Assembly (NCBI GenBank): GCA_965200965.1
Contig: OZ241744.1
Coordinates: 1,824,001 to 1,888,000 of the forward strand
Reading direction: 5' to 3'
DNA length: 64,000 nt
From: an uncultured Candidatus Binatia bacterium
Lineage (GTDB): Bacteria > Desulfobacterota > Binatia > Bin18
Shown here: positions 1 to 10,871 of the stretch, piece by piece
How positions within the stretch are numbered: position 1 is the stretch's first letter
Layout: each line of letters opens with the position of its first letter
Program-made: the position numbers and the translations under genes
Notes under the pieces: generated by a model
Told to the model about the DNA's origin: nothing
What the model saw: only the letters and a program-made list of their open reading frames with translations
Databases searched by the model: none

Positions 1-7
1 GTCGTGC

Positions 8-478
8 GTGCTGGCTCCGACCCTGCTGCTCACCGTGCCTGACAGCCATGAAGCCCTGCGCCTGCTTCTTGTGGCGGCCGTTTCGTCTGCCGCGGGCATA
101 TGGACCTCGGTGCGAACGGCCAGACCGGACGATGAGCAACTCCTGGCCTTCTACCGTCAGGTCCGCCCGCCGGGTTTTTGGGGACCCCAACACCGGGCGC
201 TGGGTCAAGACCCTCGCCACGGACACCGCCGGCTGGGCCAAGCGCTGCTGGCGGTGCTCAGCGCCGCGCTGTCGGTCTTTTTGCTGCTCACAGGACTGGG
301 CAGCTGGCTCTTTTCCAGCCCGTCCCCAAGCTGGTTTCCCTGGCGGTCGGTTTGGCTGGCCGTGCTGGTAGTCCTGAGCCTCGGCCTCGTACCAGTGTGG
401 TGGCGGCAGGTCTTTCCGCCCACGCGGTCCACGCACCGGCAAGGGCGGCTGGGCCAGGCAGGGGCACACCGGCGGTGA
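8..478 (+). CDS. C-terminal part of a membrane transporter (sodium:solute symporter-like); begins before the window
   Basis: Hydrophobic helices and a 'LLAFYRQVRPPGFWGP' segment typical of SSS-family C-termini. Confidence 0.55.
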   Translation: MLAPTLLLTVPDSHEALRLLLVAAVSSAAGIWTSVRTARPDDEQLLAFYRQVRPPGFWGPQHRALGQDPRHGHRRLGQALLAVLSAALSVFLLLTGLGSWLFSSPSPSWFPWRSVWLAVLVVLSLGLVPVWWRQVFPPTRSTHRQGRLGQAGAHRR

Positions 479-630
479 ACAGGGCACATGTTTGAGACAG
501 GGCGAGTCAGCGGAACTCGAAAAGCAGCTTTGGCCATTTGACGCTCTGTTGTTGGAGCGCCAGGCTTGGCTGGCACTGAAGCCGGGCGGTTTGCAGAGGG
601 GTAAACTTCAAGACGGCGAGAGGGGGAGCA

Positions 631-1120
631 GTGACCGGGCTCAGGCGCGTCTTCATCAGTAATCGCGGCGAGATTGCCATTCGCATTACCAAAGCCGCGG
701 CGGCCCTCGGCATGGAATCGGTGGGCGTGTACCCTCGCGTTGATGCGCTGTCGCTGCCCACGCGGTTCACGACCGAGGTACGCGAGCTGGGCAGCCGTAA
801 CCGCGGACCGGCAGACGCCGTGAGCACCTACCTCAACGCCCAAGCCCTCATCCGCACGGCCAAGGCCGCGGCCTGTGACTGTGTCCACCCGGGCTACGGT
901 TTCTTGTCCGAGAACGTACACTTTGCCGAGCATTGTGCGTCCGTGGGCCTCACTTTTGTTGGCCCACCACCCGCCGCGCTGGCGCTGTTTGGAGACAAAC
1001 TTCGCGCCCGCCTGCTCGCCCAAGCCCTGGACATCCCGATCGTGCCCGGCAGCGCCAAACCTCTGATATCGTCTAATATCGCCGGATGAGGCGACAGAAC
1101 TCGCGCGTGAGCTTGGCTAG
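631..1120 (+). pseudogene. Truncated biotin carboxylase N-terminal domain
   Basis: 'NRGEIAIRI', 'HPGYGFLSEN', 'FVGPP' and 'GDKLRAR' motifs. The ORF stops at 1089; a shifted frame gives 'PDEATELARELG*'. The rest of the enzyme is absent. Confidence 0.8.
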
Positions 1121-1287
1121 GGACACCAGAAAACTGGTCTGTGAGTGGCTGGAGATCGCCTACACCTTGGTGTCGCAGCCGGCCCGGCTTGGGCCTGGGG
1201 CCTTACAGTTCAGACCCTAGACCGGCTTGGTCAGTTGAGGTCGGCCCTGGCCGGGGAAACCGCCCCGCTGGAAAGGATGAACCCGCC

Positions 1288-2448
1288 ATGCGTCACGAGT
1301 TTGAGAGCCTGCGCCAGAACGGCATTACCCAGGTCGGCCTGCCCCGCCTCGGCGACCCGTCCGTCATTCCGCTGTGGTTTGGCGAGGGCGACCTGCCCAC
1401 CCCGGCCTTTATCCGCCAAGCCGCCAAAGACGCGCTCGACGCCGGCCTGACCTTCTACACCCATCCCGTAGGACGGCCCGAGCTGCGGGCGGCGATCAAG
1501 ACCTATCTCGACCGGCTGTACGCGATTGACCTTGAGGTCGGCCGCATCGGCGTGCCGGGCTCAACCATGCTGGGCATCTCAATGGCGGCCCGCATGGCAC
1601 TCGGCCCCGGCGACCACGGCCTGATCGTCAGCCCCAACTGGCCTAATATCGACCGGGCGTTCCAGATGACCGGGGCGAGGTTCGACTTTGTGCGCCAGCG
1701 GTTCGGGCCGGCCGGCTGGCGGCTTGCGCTTGACGATCTGTTCACCGCGGTCCGCCCGGAGACCACGGCGCTGTTTCTCAACACGCCCTGCAACCCCACC
1801 GGCTGGGTCATGCCCGGCGACGAACAGCAAGAGTTGCTGGACTTCTGCCGGCGGCGCGGCATCGTCATCATTGCCGACGAGGTCTATCACCGGAACATCT
1901 TTGAGGGTGAGGTTGCCCCGTCTTTTCTGTCCATTGCCACACCGAACGATCCGCTGATTGTGGTCAACGGCTTTTCCAAGGCATTCGCCATGACCGGCTG
2001 GCGGCTGGGCTGGATGGTTGTGCCGGCCGGCTACGGCGAGCAGATGGCCGCCTTCTCCGAGTGCGCCAATACCGGGGCACCGCCCTTTATTCAGAGCGCC
2101 GGCATGGTCGCCCTCAGCCAGGGTGAGCCGTTTGTGCGGGAGCTGCGCGAGCGCTACCGGGCCGGCCGTGAGGCGGTCATGCGCCGGCTGGCCCCGCATC
2201 CGCGTATTGAGTTGAGTGAGCCGACCGGGGCTTTCTACGCCTTTCCCCGCGTCCGGGGGCTGCGCTCCAGCCTGGAGTTTGTGAACGGCCTGCTGGCCGA
2301 GAAAAACGTCGGCCTCGCCCCGGGCTTTACCTTTGGGCCGGGCAACGAGTCCCATTTCCGGCTGTGCTTTGCCCAGTCCGGCCAGCGGCTCGAAACCGCC
2401 CTCGACCGCATCCTTGACTATCTTGACAACTATGAGTTTGCCGGATAA
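1288..2448 (+). CDS. PLP-dependent aminotransferase class I/II
   Basis: 'NTPCNPTG', 'ADEVY' and 'FSKAFAMTGWRLGW' (PLP lysine) motifs; ATG at 1288. Confidence 0.93.
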   Translation: MRHEFESLRQNGITQVGLPRLGDPSVIPLWFGEGDLPTPAFIRQAAKDALDAGLTFYTHPVGRPELRAAIKTYLDRLYAIDLEVGRIGVPGSTMLGISMAARMALGPGDHGLIVSPNWPNIDRAFQMTGARFDFVRQRFGPAGWRLALDDLFTAVRPETTALFLNTPCNPTGWVMPGDEQQELLDFCRRRGIVIIADEVYHRNIFEGEVAPSFLSIATPNDPLIVVNGFSKAFAMTGWRLGWMVVPAGYGEQMAAFSECANTGAPPFIQSAGMVALSQGEPFVRELRERYRAGREAVMRRLAPHPRIELSEPTGAFYAFPRVRGLRSSLEFVNGLLAEKNVGLAPGFTFGPGNESHFRLCFAQSGQRLETALDRILDYLDNYEFAG

Positions 2449-2516
2449 GTGAGTCGGACGAAGCGGGGTCTTGCTTGCCCAGAACGCGCGGGCTGACCTG
2501 GCAGCATCCAGGGCCA
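2422..2516 (+). repeat. Direct repeat copy 1 (aminotransferase 3' end plus downstream DNA)
   Basis: Ungapped match to 2962-3056, 78/95 identical by hand count. Confidence 0.9.
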
Positions 2517-2525
2517 GGAGGAAGC

Positions 2526-2741
2526 ATGCGTTACACCGTTCTTGCAGAAGCCGAAGAGGAAGGGGGCTTCCATGTCTGGTGCCCCACGCTCAAAGGGTGT
2601 CATTCGCAGGGGGAGACGCGAGAAGAAGCCTTGGAGAACATACAGGAGGCCATAGCCGCCTATCTGGAGAGCTTACAAGACGACGGCTTACCCCTGCCGG
2701 CAGATGTGACGATCCACCATGTCGAAGCGGCGGTTTCATGA
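2526..2741 (+). CDS. hicB: HicB-family antitoxin
   Basis: 'EEGGFHVWCPTLKGCHSQGETREEALENIQEAI' HicB signature; GGAGG RBS upstream. Confidence 0.9.
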   Translation: MRYTVLAEAEEEGGFHVWCPTLKGCHSQGETREEALENIQEAIAAYLESLQDDGLPLPADVTIHHVEAAVS

Positions 2742-2833
2742 AGCTCCCTCGGGTGACGGGCCGCGAAGTCGTGCGGGCTGTTGAACGGGCCGGTTTCATC
2801 ATGGAGATAATGAAGCGGCAAACGGGGCCATGA
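2738..2833 (+). pseudogene. hicA: Truncated HicA toxin
   Basis: 'MKLPRVTGREVVRAVERAGF' HicA N-terminus with ATGA overlap to hicB; ends before the GSH motif. Confidence 0.75.
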
Positions 2834-2988
2834 AGCAAAAGGACTTTGACCGCTTGGCGACAACTGTGAAGCAGGTGGAGGTCAGTTGCCGAGAACAAAT
2901 TCAACTCGGACGGACGACCGATTTTCGACCCAAAGATATGCACGCGATGCACACTCAGCGACTTGACACTTATGAGTTTGCAGGATGA
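2830..2988 (+). pseudogene. Fragment of an HTH antitoxin (HigA/NadS-like N-terminus) running into the repeat copy
   Basis: Hand translation MKQKDFDRLATTVKQ...GRTTDFRPKDMHAMHTQR-LDTYEFAG*. The HTH is missing and the tail copies the aminotransferase C-terminus. Confidence 0.55.
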
Positions 2989-3056
2989 ATGTGTCAGGCG
3001 AAGAAGGTTCTTGCTTGCCCAGGACGCGCAGGCTCATCTCGCGGCATCCAGGGCCA
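2962..3056 (+). repeat. Direct repeat copy 2 (degenerate aminotransferase 3' end)
   Basis: Encodes LDTYEFAG* versus LDNYEFAG* of the aminotransferase; offset exactly 540 bp from copy 1. Confidence 0.9.
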
Positions 3057-3107
3057 AGCGGTTTTGCCGCATATTTGGAATGGGAATGGACTCACACGGA
3101 ACGACCA

Positions 3108-3575
3108 ATGACGCGCAACGTGTTTCTGAGTTTCACCATGACAGACAAGGGGTTTGTTGATCTCCTGCGTGGCCAGGCGGAGCGCAGACAACCGGCCCTT
3201 GTGTTTCGTGACTACTCAATCAAGGAAGCGTTTGAGGCCACTTGGAAGACGAATGCGGAACGCCTCATTCGAGCCTGTAGCATCACGCTGTGTTTGATCG
3301 GCAAGACGACGCATCGGAGCCAAGCCGTTGATTGGGAAGTCAGAAAAAGCGTGGATCTCGGCAAGCACGTCATGGCGGTTGCCATCGATCCGACAGGGCC
3401 GATAGTGCCGCCGGCTCTGGCGGATCTCAAGGTGAAACCCCTACCCTGGGACATAGAGAGAATTGTAGGTGAGTTGCATGGCACCAGGACTCAATGCCGT
3501 AGAGTGAGCGATATTCGGGGAATACGATTCAGCAGCACAGCAGGGTGCGTTTCGCTAACCTACGGACTGTCATAA
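3108..3575 (+). CDS. TIR-domain protein (ThsB/DUF1863-like)
   Basis: 'RNVFLSF', 'FRDYSIKE', 'LCLIGKTT' and 'SQAVDWEVRKS' with the catalytic-position Glu. Confidence 0.8.
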   Translation: MTRNVFLSFTMTDKGFVDLLRGQAERRQPALVFRDYSIKEAFEATWKTNAERLIRACSITLCLIGKTTHRSQAVDWEVRKSVDLGKHVMAVAIDPTGPIVPPALADLKVKPLPWDIERIVGELHGTRTQCRRVSDIRGIRFSSTAGCVSLTYGLS

Positions 3576-3588
3576 ACTGATTAACACG

Positions 3589-4475
3589 ATGACATATTTC
3601 AGCGAAAAAGAAAAAGATGAATGTCCTCGGGATAACGAAGATGTCAATAAGAGTGCGTGGAACGGAGTGAAGGTACTCATAAAGTCTCTCGTTGATGATG
3701 GTTCATTCGGTTATCGTTATCGTTATGCCTGTCCTGACGGGTCTGTCACAGCAGGCACCGATAAGAATAGCTTCTGGCAAGCCATGCAAGCTGAAATTCC
3801 GGAGTTGCCGGAAGACCTCCGCTACATACCCGAGACCCGCCACCTACTCTGGCTATACTCGACATGATCGAGTTTTGCTGGCGTTCTCTCGGTAAACCAA
3901 TCAAATTGGACTATCATCAATACTTCAGCCACCATCATCTAGAGTTCGATGTCGAGGCGGGTCGAGAAGAGTTTGGCGAAAGCATCAACCGCATTTTTCG
4001 TCGCAACGGGCTTGCCTATCAACTCACTGATGAAGAGCATATCGAGCGGCTTTCACCTCCGATTCTTCATGAAGAATTGACATCCGCTCATTTCTACACC
4101 GGAGATTCAGAGCTCGACCGTATATTGGAGACGGCGAGATACAAGTTCCGCAATCCTGATCCAGCGACGCGGCGCGAGGCGTTGAAGGCCCTGTGGGATG
4201 CGTGGGAGCGGCTCAAGACCACGGGAGATGGCCAGGACAAGAAAACGCAAGTGAAGGGTCTTCTCGACGCTACTGCCGGATCATCCTCTCCTCAGTTCCG
4301 CGATGTCTTGGAGCGAGAAGCCACGGAACTCACCAAGGTAGGCAACAAACTGCTTATACGCCATTCCGAGACAAATCAGGAACGGCTCGCAAAAGATGTG
4401 CATGTCGATTATCTCTTTCACCGTCTTTTCATCCTCATTACCGTAATTTTACGGACTGACGGTCAGTCCCGATAA
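3589..4475 (+). pseudogene. AbiJ-like protein (AbiJ N-terminal domain plus HEPN-like C-terminus), frameshifted near 3834
   Basis: ORFs 3589-3867 and 3864-4475 join through '...YIPE / DPPPTLAILDMIEFCW'. C-terminal 'LWDAWERLKT' and 'GNKLLIRHSE'. Confidence 0.7.
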
Positions 4476-4492
4476 ATTCGCCCGAACTCTCG

Positions 4493-5667
4493 CTATTCCC
4501 TTATGGAATAGTCTGGATCGAAGACAGAACTATCTTCATCATAGAATATCTCATGCAACATAGATGGCAATATAGCGTCCGCGTTTTCTTCCATATCGGT
4601 CTGCACCAATTCTAAATCCCATAACCTCCCAAACGACCGCAAAGCCGCCTTTTGCGCTTCCAGAGCGGGCATTCGGATTTTCATACCGAGCAGCATTTCA
4701 GGCCGAAGGCGTTGGCGCCTCGCCCCCTGACCGCGCGTCAGCTTTGTCAACTGATTTTGAAACCAGGGGGTCAAGAGCAGCGCCGTCAAGTATTGCGCGT
4801 CAAGCAGGGCAGGTTTGCAGCGAAAAGTCCGATATTCGGGCGAGACATACCAGCCCTGGTGACTGCTGTCGCAAACGGCTACCGCGCCTTCCCATCCTTT
4901 CGGTTGGCTGACGACAAACAAGCCCTCTCTCAAACGGTTAAACGTCTTGTATGTCGTCTCAGAGCCACGCACCCCGTCCTTGAAAAACAGACCACCGCCG
5001 AAGCCACGCACCCCGACCTGCGGGTAGCGTTCTGTCGGCTCAATGGAGACCCGGTCTTCCCATAGTTCTATGAATTCACCCAACGGTCGCTCTGTAACAC
5101 CCGCCAGTTTGAAGTGAATACTCTGGACTAGAGAACGTATCTCTCGGTCGATAGCTTTACGGAGCCTTTGCGCTTCCTCCACCAACCCCGCCACTTTGTC
5201 CAGCTTGGCGACAATCCGTTGCTGTTCGGCGAGGGGCGGGAGGGGAACTTTATATGTCAGTACGTCATGAGGCCGAATGGCGGCATAATTCGTGGAGCCA
5301 CGCGCATTCACCTGCTCAAAAAAATCGGATGTTTGGCAATACCAGTGGAGAAATTTTCTCAGAAGACACCGCTCATCAATCTCAAAAAGAAAATAGTGGC
5401 TGCTGACAATCGCGCCATTAAGTTGCTCTGGGACAATCCCGTACCCGCCCATCTTGGCGTCAATCTCCGCGACAAGAAACTCTCCGCCCGGCAAACCTGT
5501 TGCTTCTTCGTCTTGATTACGCTGCTCGGCACGCGGTCACGCAAAACGATGCCGCGGGCTGACGTTTGAACCCGACACCTGGAGTACATTTGATCCGGCT
5601 GAATGATGATGAACTCCTTTCGATGTCTCATTAATTCACCCAGTGGAACGACTGGCCAGCCCATCAC
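4493..5667 (-). pseudogene. hsdS: Type I R-M specificity subunit, frameshifted near 5483
   Basis: ORF 5359-5667 ('GWPVVPLGELM') continues in ORF 4493-5494 ('VPLPPLAEQQRIVAKLD'); two-TRD layout; overlaps the hsdM stop. Confidence 0.88.
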
Positions 5668-7229
5668 TCCCCCTCTGCCAGCGTGGCCTTGAGTGCGTCC
5701 ATGATGGCCAGAATGTGCCGCTCTTTTTCGATGATGCTGTCTACAATCTCGGCCGGCGGGCGGTGGTCCACGGTCTCGCCCGAATGGGGGTTTTTGATGT
5801 CCAGGTTACAGGCGACGGCGCGGCCCTGCTCGTCGCGCCGGACCAGCCCCTTCACGTCCACCTTCCAGGCGCGTGCGCACTCCTGGCGGTCCTTCCACCA
5901 AGCCAGGCAGTCGGCCAACTCCTCGTACAGCAGGGGCGCGGTCTTGGAGTATTTCCGGCGGCCCTCTGGCCGGGGCTGCTCATAGTACCAGATGGCCCGG
6001 GTCGGGCCGTCCGTGTCGAAGAAGATCAGGTTGGTAGGGATATCGGTATAGGGCGCGAACACGCCCTCGGGCAGACGGACGATGGTGTGCAGGTTGAACC
6101 GCTCCAGCAGGTCGGCCTTGATCCGGGCCGACAGGCCGTCGCCGAACAGCGTACCGTTGGGCACGACTACGCCGGCGCGTCCGCGGGCACCGCGCTTCAG
6201 GCGGCGCATGATGAGCTGCAAGAACAGCAGAGCGGTCTCGGTGGTGCGCCGGTCCTCGGGGAAGTTGTTGAGGATGCCGGCCTCCTCCTCACCGCCGAAC
6301 GGCGGGTTGGTCAGGATGACGTTCACGCGCTGCTCCTCGCCTATCCCGGCCAGGCGGAAGCGGAGCGAATTGCCCGGGTCAATGCGCGGGGCGTAGAGTC
6401 CGTGGAGCAGCAGGTTCATCTGGGCCAGCAGAAAGGGCAGCGACTTGGACTCGCCGCCGGAGATGCTGCCGTCTTGCAGGACCGCGCGCCGCTCCACCGT
6501 ATCGGCCTGAGGCTCCAGATGACGGAATGCCTCGGTGAGAAAGCCGCCGGTACCACAGGCCGGGTCAAGGACCGTTTCGCCAAGCCGCGGGTCGCTGACT
6601 TCCACCATGAAGCGGACCACCGGGCGCGGGGTGTAAAACTCGCCGGAATCGCCGGCCGCGTCACGCATCTCGCGCAGCAGGCTCTCGTACAGGCGGCCCA
6701 GGGTGTGAATCTCGTCGGAGGAGTCAAAGTGAATGCCGTCCACCAGATTGATCACATCGCGCAGCAGATAGCCGCTCTCCATCCGGTTGGTAAAACGCTG
6801 GAATACGGCGGCGATAACGTCACGCCGCTCACCCTGGCCGGTGTCACCGCGCAAACCCTGGAGATAGGCAAACAGGCCGGGACCGGGGAGGCCGTCGGGC
6901 CGCGCCGTCTGCTCCGCGGTCAGGAAGGTGAGCAGGTCAGGGCCGCTGATGCCGTCGGCCCGGGCCGCCCAGTCCCGCCAGCGGTAGGGCGGTTCAATGA
7001 GCGGCCGGTAATCCCGGCCGGCCAAGTCGGCCCGCTCCTGTTCAATCCGCTCCAGGTCGTCCAGAAACTTGAGCAACATGATCCAGGTCAGCATGGGCAG
7101 TCGGTCCAGGTCGCCGTTCAGCCCCTTGTCCTTGCGCATGATCCTGCGCGCCGACTTGATGATGCCGCCGAGCCGCTGAACGGTGGTCAGCGGTTTGGCC
7201 GCGGCGTTTTTGCGGGGGGATGTGACCAC
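5664..7229 (-). CDS. hsdM: Type I R-M N6-adenine methyltransferase
   Basis: 'GEFYTPR', 'LDPACGTGGFL' and 'NPPFGG' motifs; intact 521 aa. Confidence 0.95.
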   Translation of the reverse strand: MVTSPRKNAAAKPLTTVQRLGGIIKSARRIMRKDKGLNGDLDRLPMLTWIMLLKFLDDLERIEQERADLAGRDYRPLIEPPYRWRDWAARADGISGPDLLTFLTAEQTARPDGLPGPGLFAYLQGLRGDTGQGERRDVIAAVFQRFTNRMESGYLLRDVINLVDGIHFDSSDEIHTLGRLYESLLREMRDAAGDSGEFYTPRPVVRFMVEVSDPRLGETVLDPACGTGGFLTEAFRHLEPQADTVERRAVLQDGSISGGESKSLPFLLAQMNLLLHGLYAPRIDPGNSLRFRLAGIGEEQRVNVILTNPPFGGEEEAGILNNFPEDRRTTETALLFLQLIMRRLKRGARGRAGVVVPNGTLFGDGLSARIKADLLERFNLHTIVRLPEGVFAPYTDIPTNLIFFDTDGPTRAIWYYEQPRPEGRRKYSKTAPLLYEELADCLAWWKDRQECARAWKVDVKGLVRRDEQGRAVACNLDIKNPHSGETVDHRPPAEIVDSIIEKERHILAIMDALKATLAEGE

Positions 7230-7247
7230 TGCCTGCCCTCCTTCGGC

Positions 7248-9612
7248 TCAGGCCGCGTACAGCCGGCGTTGCAGCTGACTGACCGCGCCGCGCAAGGCCC
7301 CACTCCCGCCAAAGCGGGAGGCGAGTTCAATCACGTTGCCCCAGCCGTTGAACGGCGGCACCTCAAGGATATCGGGCAGGGTGAACTGTGCGCTGCCGTG
7401 TTCGGTGTATTTTTCCAGCAGCGCGTCCAGCACCTCGCGGGCCGACCGGCCAAACGTTTCAAAGAAATCCGTTTCCTCCCGCCTCAGCCGCTCGGCCCGC
7501 TCGCGGCGCGTCCGCAGGGGCGCGTTGTAGGCCAGATGACATAACAGGTCAAAGGGGTCAGCCTCGGGCTTGCCGACGGACTCAGCAAGGGTTTCGATCT
7601 CAATCCCTCTCCGCTCCAGGTCCTCAACGATCCGCGCCCGCGGACCGGGCTCGCGCCAGTCCGTGCGCAACTCGGAGGCGTTCGGGTAAAGCGTGCGGAC
7701 CGTGTCGCCCGTGTAGTCGGTGAGCTGACGGACCGAGAGTCTTTTCCCCTCGGCGTCGAGCTCAAAGACCAGGTGTCGCAGAATCTCCACCCACCCACCG
7801 TCAACATACAGCTTACGCGGCTCGGCGTCCGGCGGCTCATCTACCTCCGGTGCAGTGTCGAAATCTTCGGTAGAAGCGACCGGCTCAGCCGTCTCCTGCT
7901 CCTCAAGCACAGCGCCGGCAGCGTCAACAACGGCCTTCCGCTCGCCGACCGGCTGGCCGTCAAAAGCCGGGTCGGCGAACTTCCCGGTCGCGGTCCCGGT
8001 GTAGTCAATGATGTTGAAGGCCAGTTTGCCGTAGTCGGGACGCAGCCGGGTGCCCCGGCCGATAATCTGCTTGAACTCGGGCAGTGAGCCGACCACGCGG
8101 GCCAGGACGATGTTCTTGCAGGTCGGCGCGTCAACGCCGGTGGTCAGCAACTGTGAGGTCGTCAGGACGGCCGGCGTCCTGGTCTCGACATCCTGGAACT
8201 TGGCGCGGTGGGCGCTGCCAATATCGCCCTCGTCCGCGGTCACGCGACAGAGATAGTCAGGGTAGTGTTTGACCAGGTCGGCGTTGAGCGAGGCCAGGGC
8301 GTGGCGCATCTCCGAGGCGTGCTCCTGGTCAACACAGAACACGATAGTCTTGGCAAAGCGGTCGGTCTGCTTGAGGAAACCGGTCAGATGCCGGGCGATG
8401 GCCCGGGTCCGGGCGCGGAGGGCAACGCTCCGCTCAAAGTCCTTTGTCGCGTACTCGGCGTCTGGAATCTGTCTGCCGTAGCGGTCACGCTCGCCCCTGG
8501 GCCGGCCTCCAGCCGGCAGCGTCATAGTCGGTGATGACCCGGTGGACGCGGTAGGGGGCGAGAAAACCATCGGCAATGCCTTGAGCCAGGCTGTATTCGT
8601 ACAGCGGGTCGCCAAAGTAGGCGTAGGTGTCGGCGTTGTCCTGCCGGCGGGGCGTGGCCGTCATGCCGAGTTGATAGGCCGGCTCGAACCATTCCAGAAT
8701 CTCCCGCCAATGGCTGTCATCGCGTGCGCTGCCGCGGTGGCATTCGTCCACCAGGACCAAGTCGAAGAAGTCTCTCGGATACGCGCGGTACAGCCCCGGG
8801 CGGTTCTCATCACGCGCAATGGCCTGGTAGATGGCAAAGTACATATCCCGGCTCTTTACCGCCTCGCCACCGCCGATCTTGTGCCGGGCGTCGCCGAACG
8901 GGCGGAAGTCCTTTGCTATTGGATCATCAACCAGAACGTTGCGGTCAGCCAGGAACAGCATTTTCGGTTTCCGCCCCGTGCCTGTGGCGTTCCAGCCGGC
9001 CGTCCACAGCTTCCAGCATATCTGGAAGGCCACCGCGGTCTTGCCGGCACCGGTACACAGGGTCAGGAGGACGCGCCGGTGCCCCTGCAAAACGGCTTGC
9101 AACGCGCGGTTGACCGAGAGTTCCTGGTAGTAGCGGAGCGGCTTTGCCCGGTCGGGATGGCTCGGGGTGAGCAGAGTGTCGGCCACGCGGTCATCGATGA
9201 TGGCGTCTGCCTCTCGCAGGCGGTGCCACAGTTCCTCGGGCCGGGGGAACTCGGCACGGTCACGTTCAAGGCCGGTCGTAGAGTCGAACTCAATAAGTTC
9301 GCTGCCATTGGTCGCATAGGCAAACTTCAGGCCGAGGATGTCGGCGTAGTCTTTGGCCTGCTGGAGCCCATCGCTCGCCCGCCTGTGACGCGCCTTGGCC
9401 TCAACGACCGCAATGGGAAAGTCGGAGCGATAGCGCAACAGATAGTCGGCGCGCTTCTGTCTGCCGCGCCTGGCCCTGTTGCCGACAAAGAGAACCCGGC
9501 CGTCGGTGAAGGTCCGCTGCTCGTTGATGGCGTGGGGCGGAGCATCCCAGCCGGCTGCCTGCAACTTGGGGACAACAAACTTCCGGCAGGTATCGGCTTC
9601 GGTCAGCGGCAC
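7248..9612 (-). pseudogene. hsdR: Type I R-M restriction subunit (EcoEI-like), frameshifted near 8497
   Basis: 'ADYLL...VVEAK' nuclease, 'TGAGKT', 'DECHRG' and 'QIIGRGTR'. Split between ORFs 8485-9612 and 7248-8615 at CAGGGGCGAG (one extra G). Confidence 0.9.
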
Positions 9613-9624
9613 GCAAACACCTCT

Positions 9625-10809
<1,185 letters not shown>

Positions 10810-10871
10810 CAGCACCCTTCCTCTTTTCCTCACTGGCCCGCGGTCAGCCCCAGCTCTCCACCCTGCTCTGC

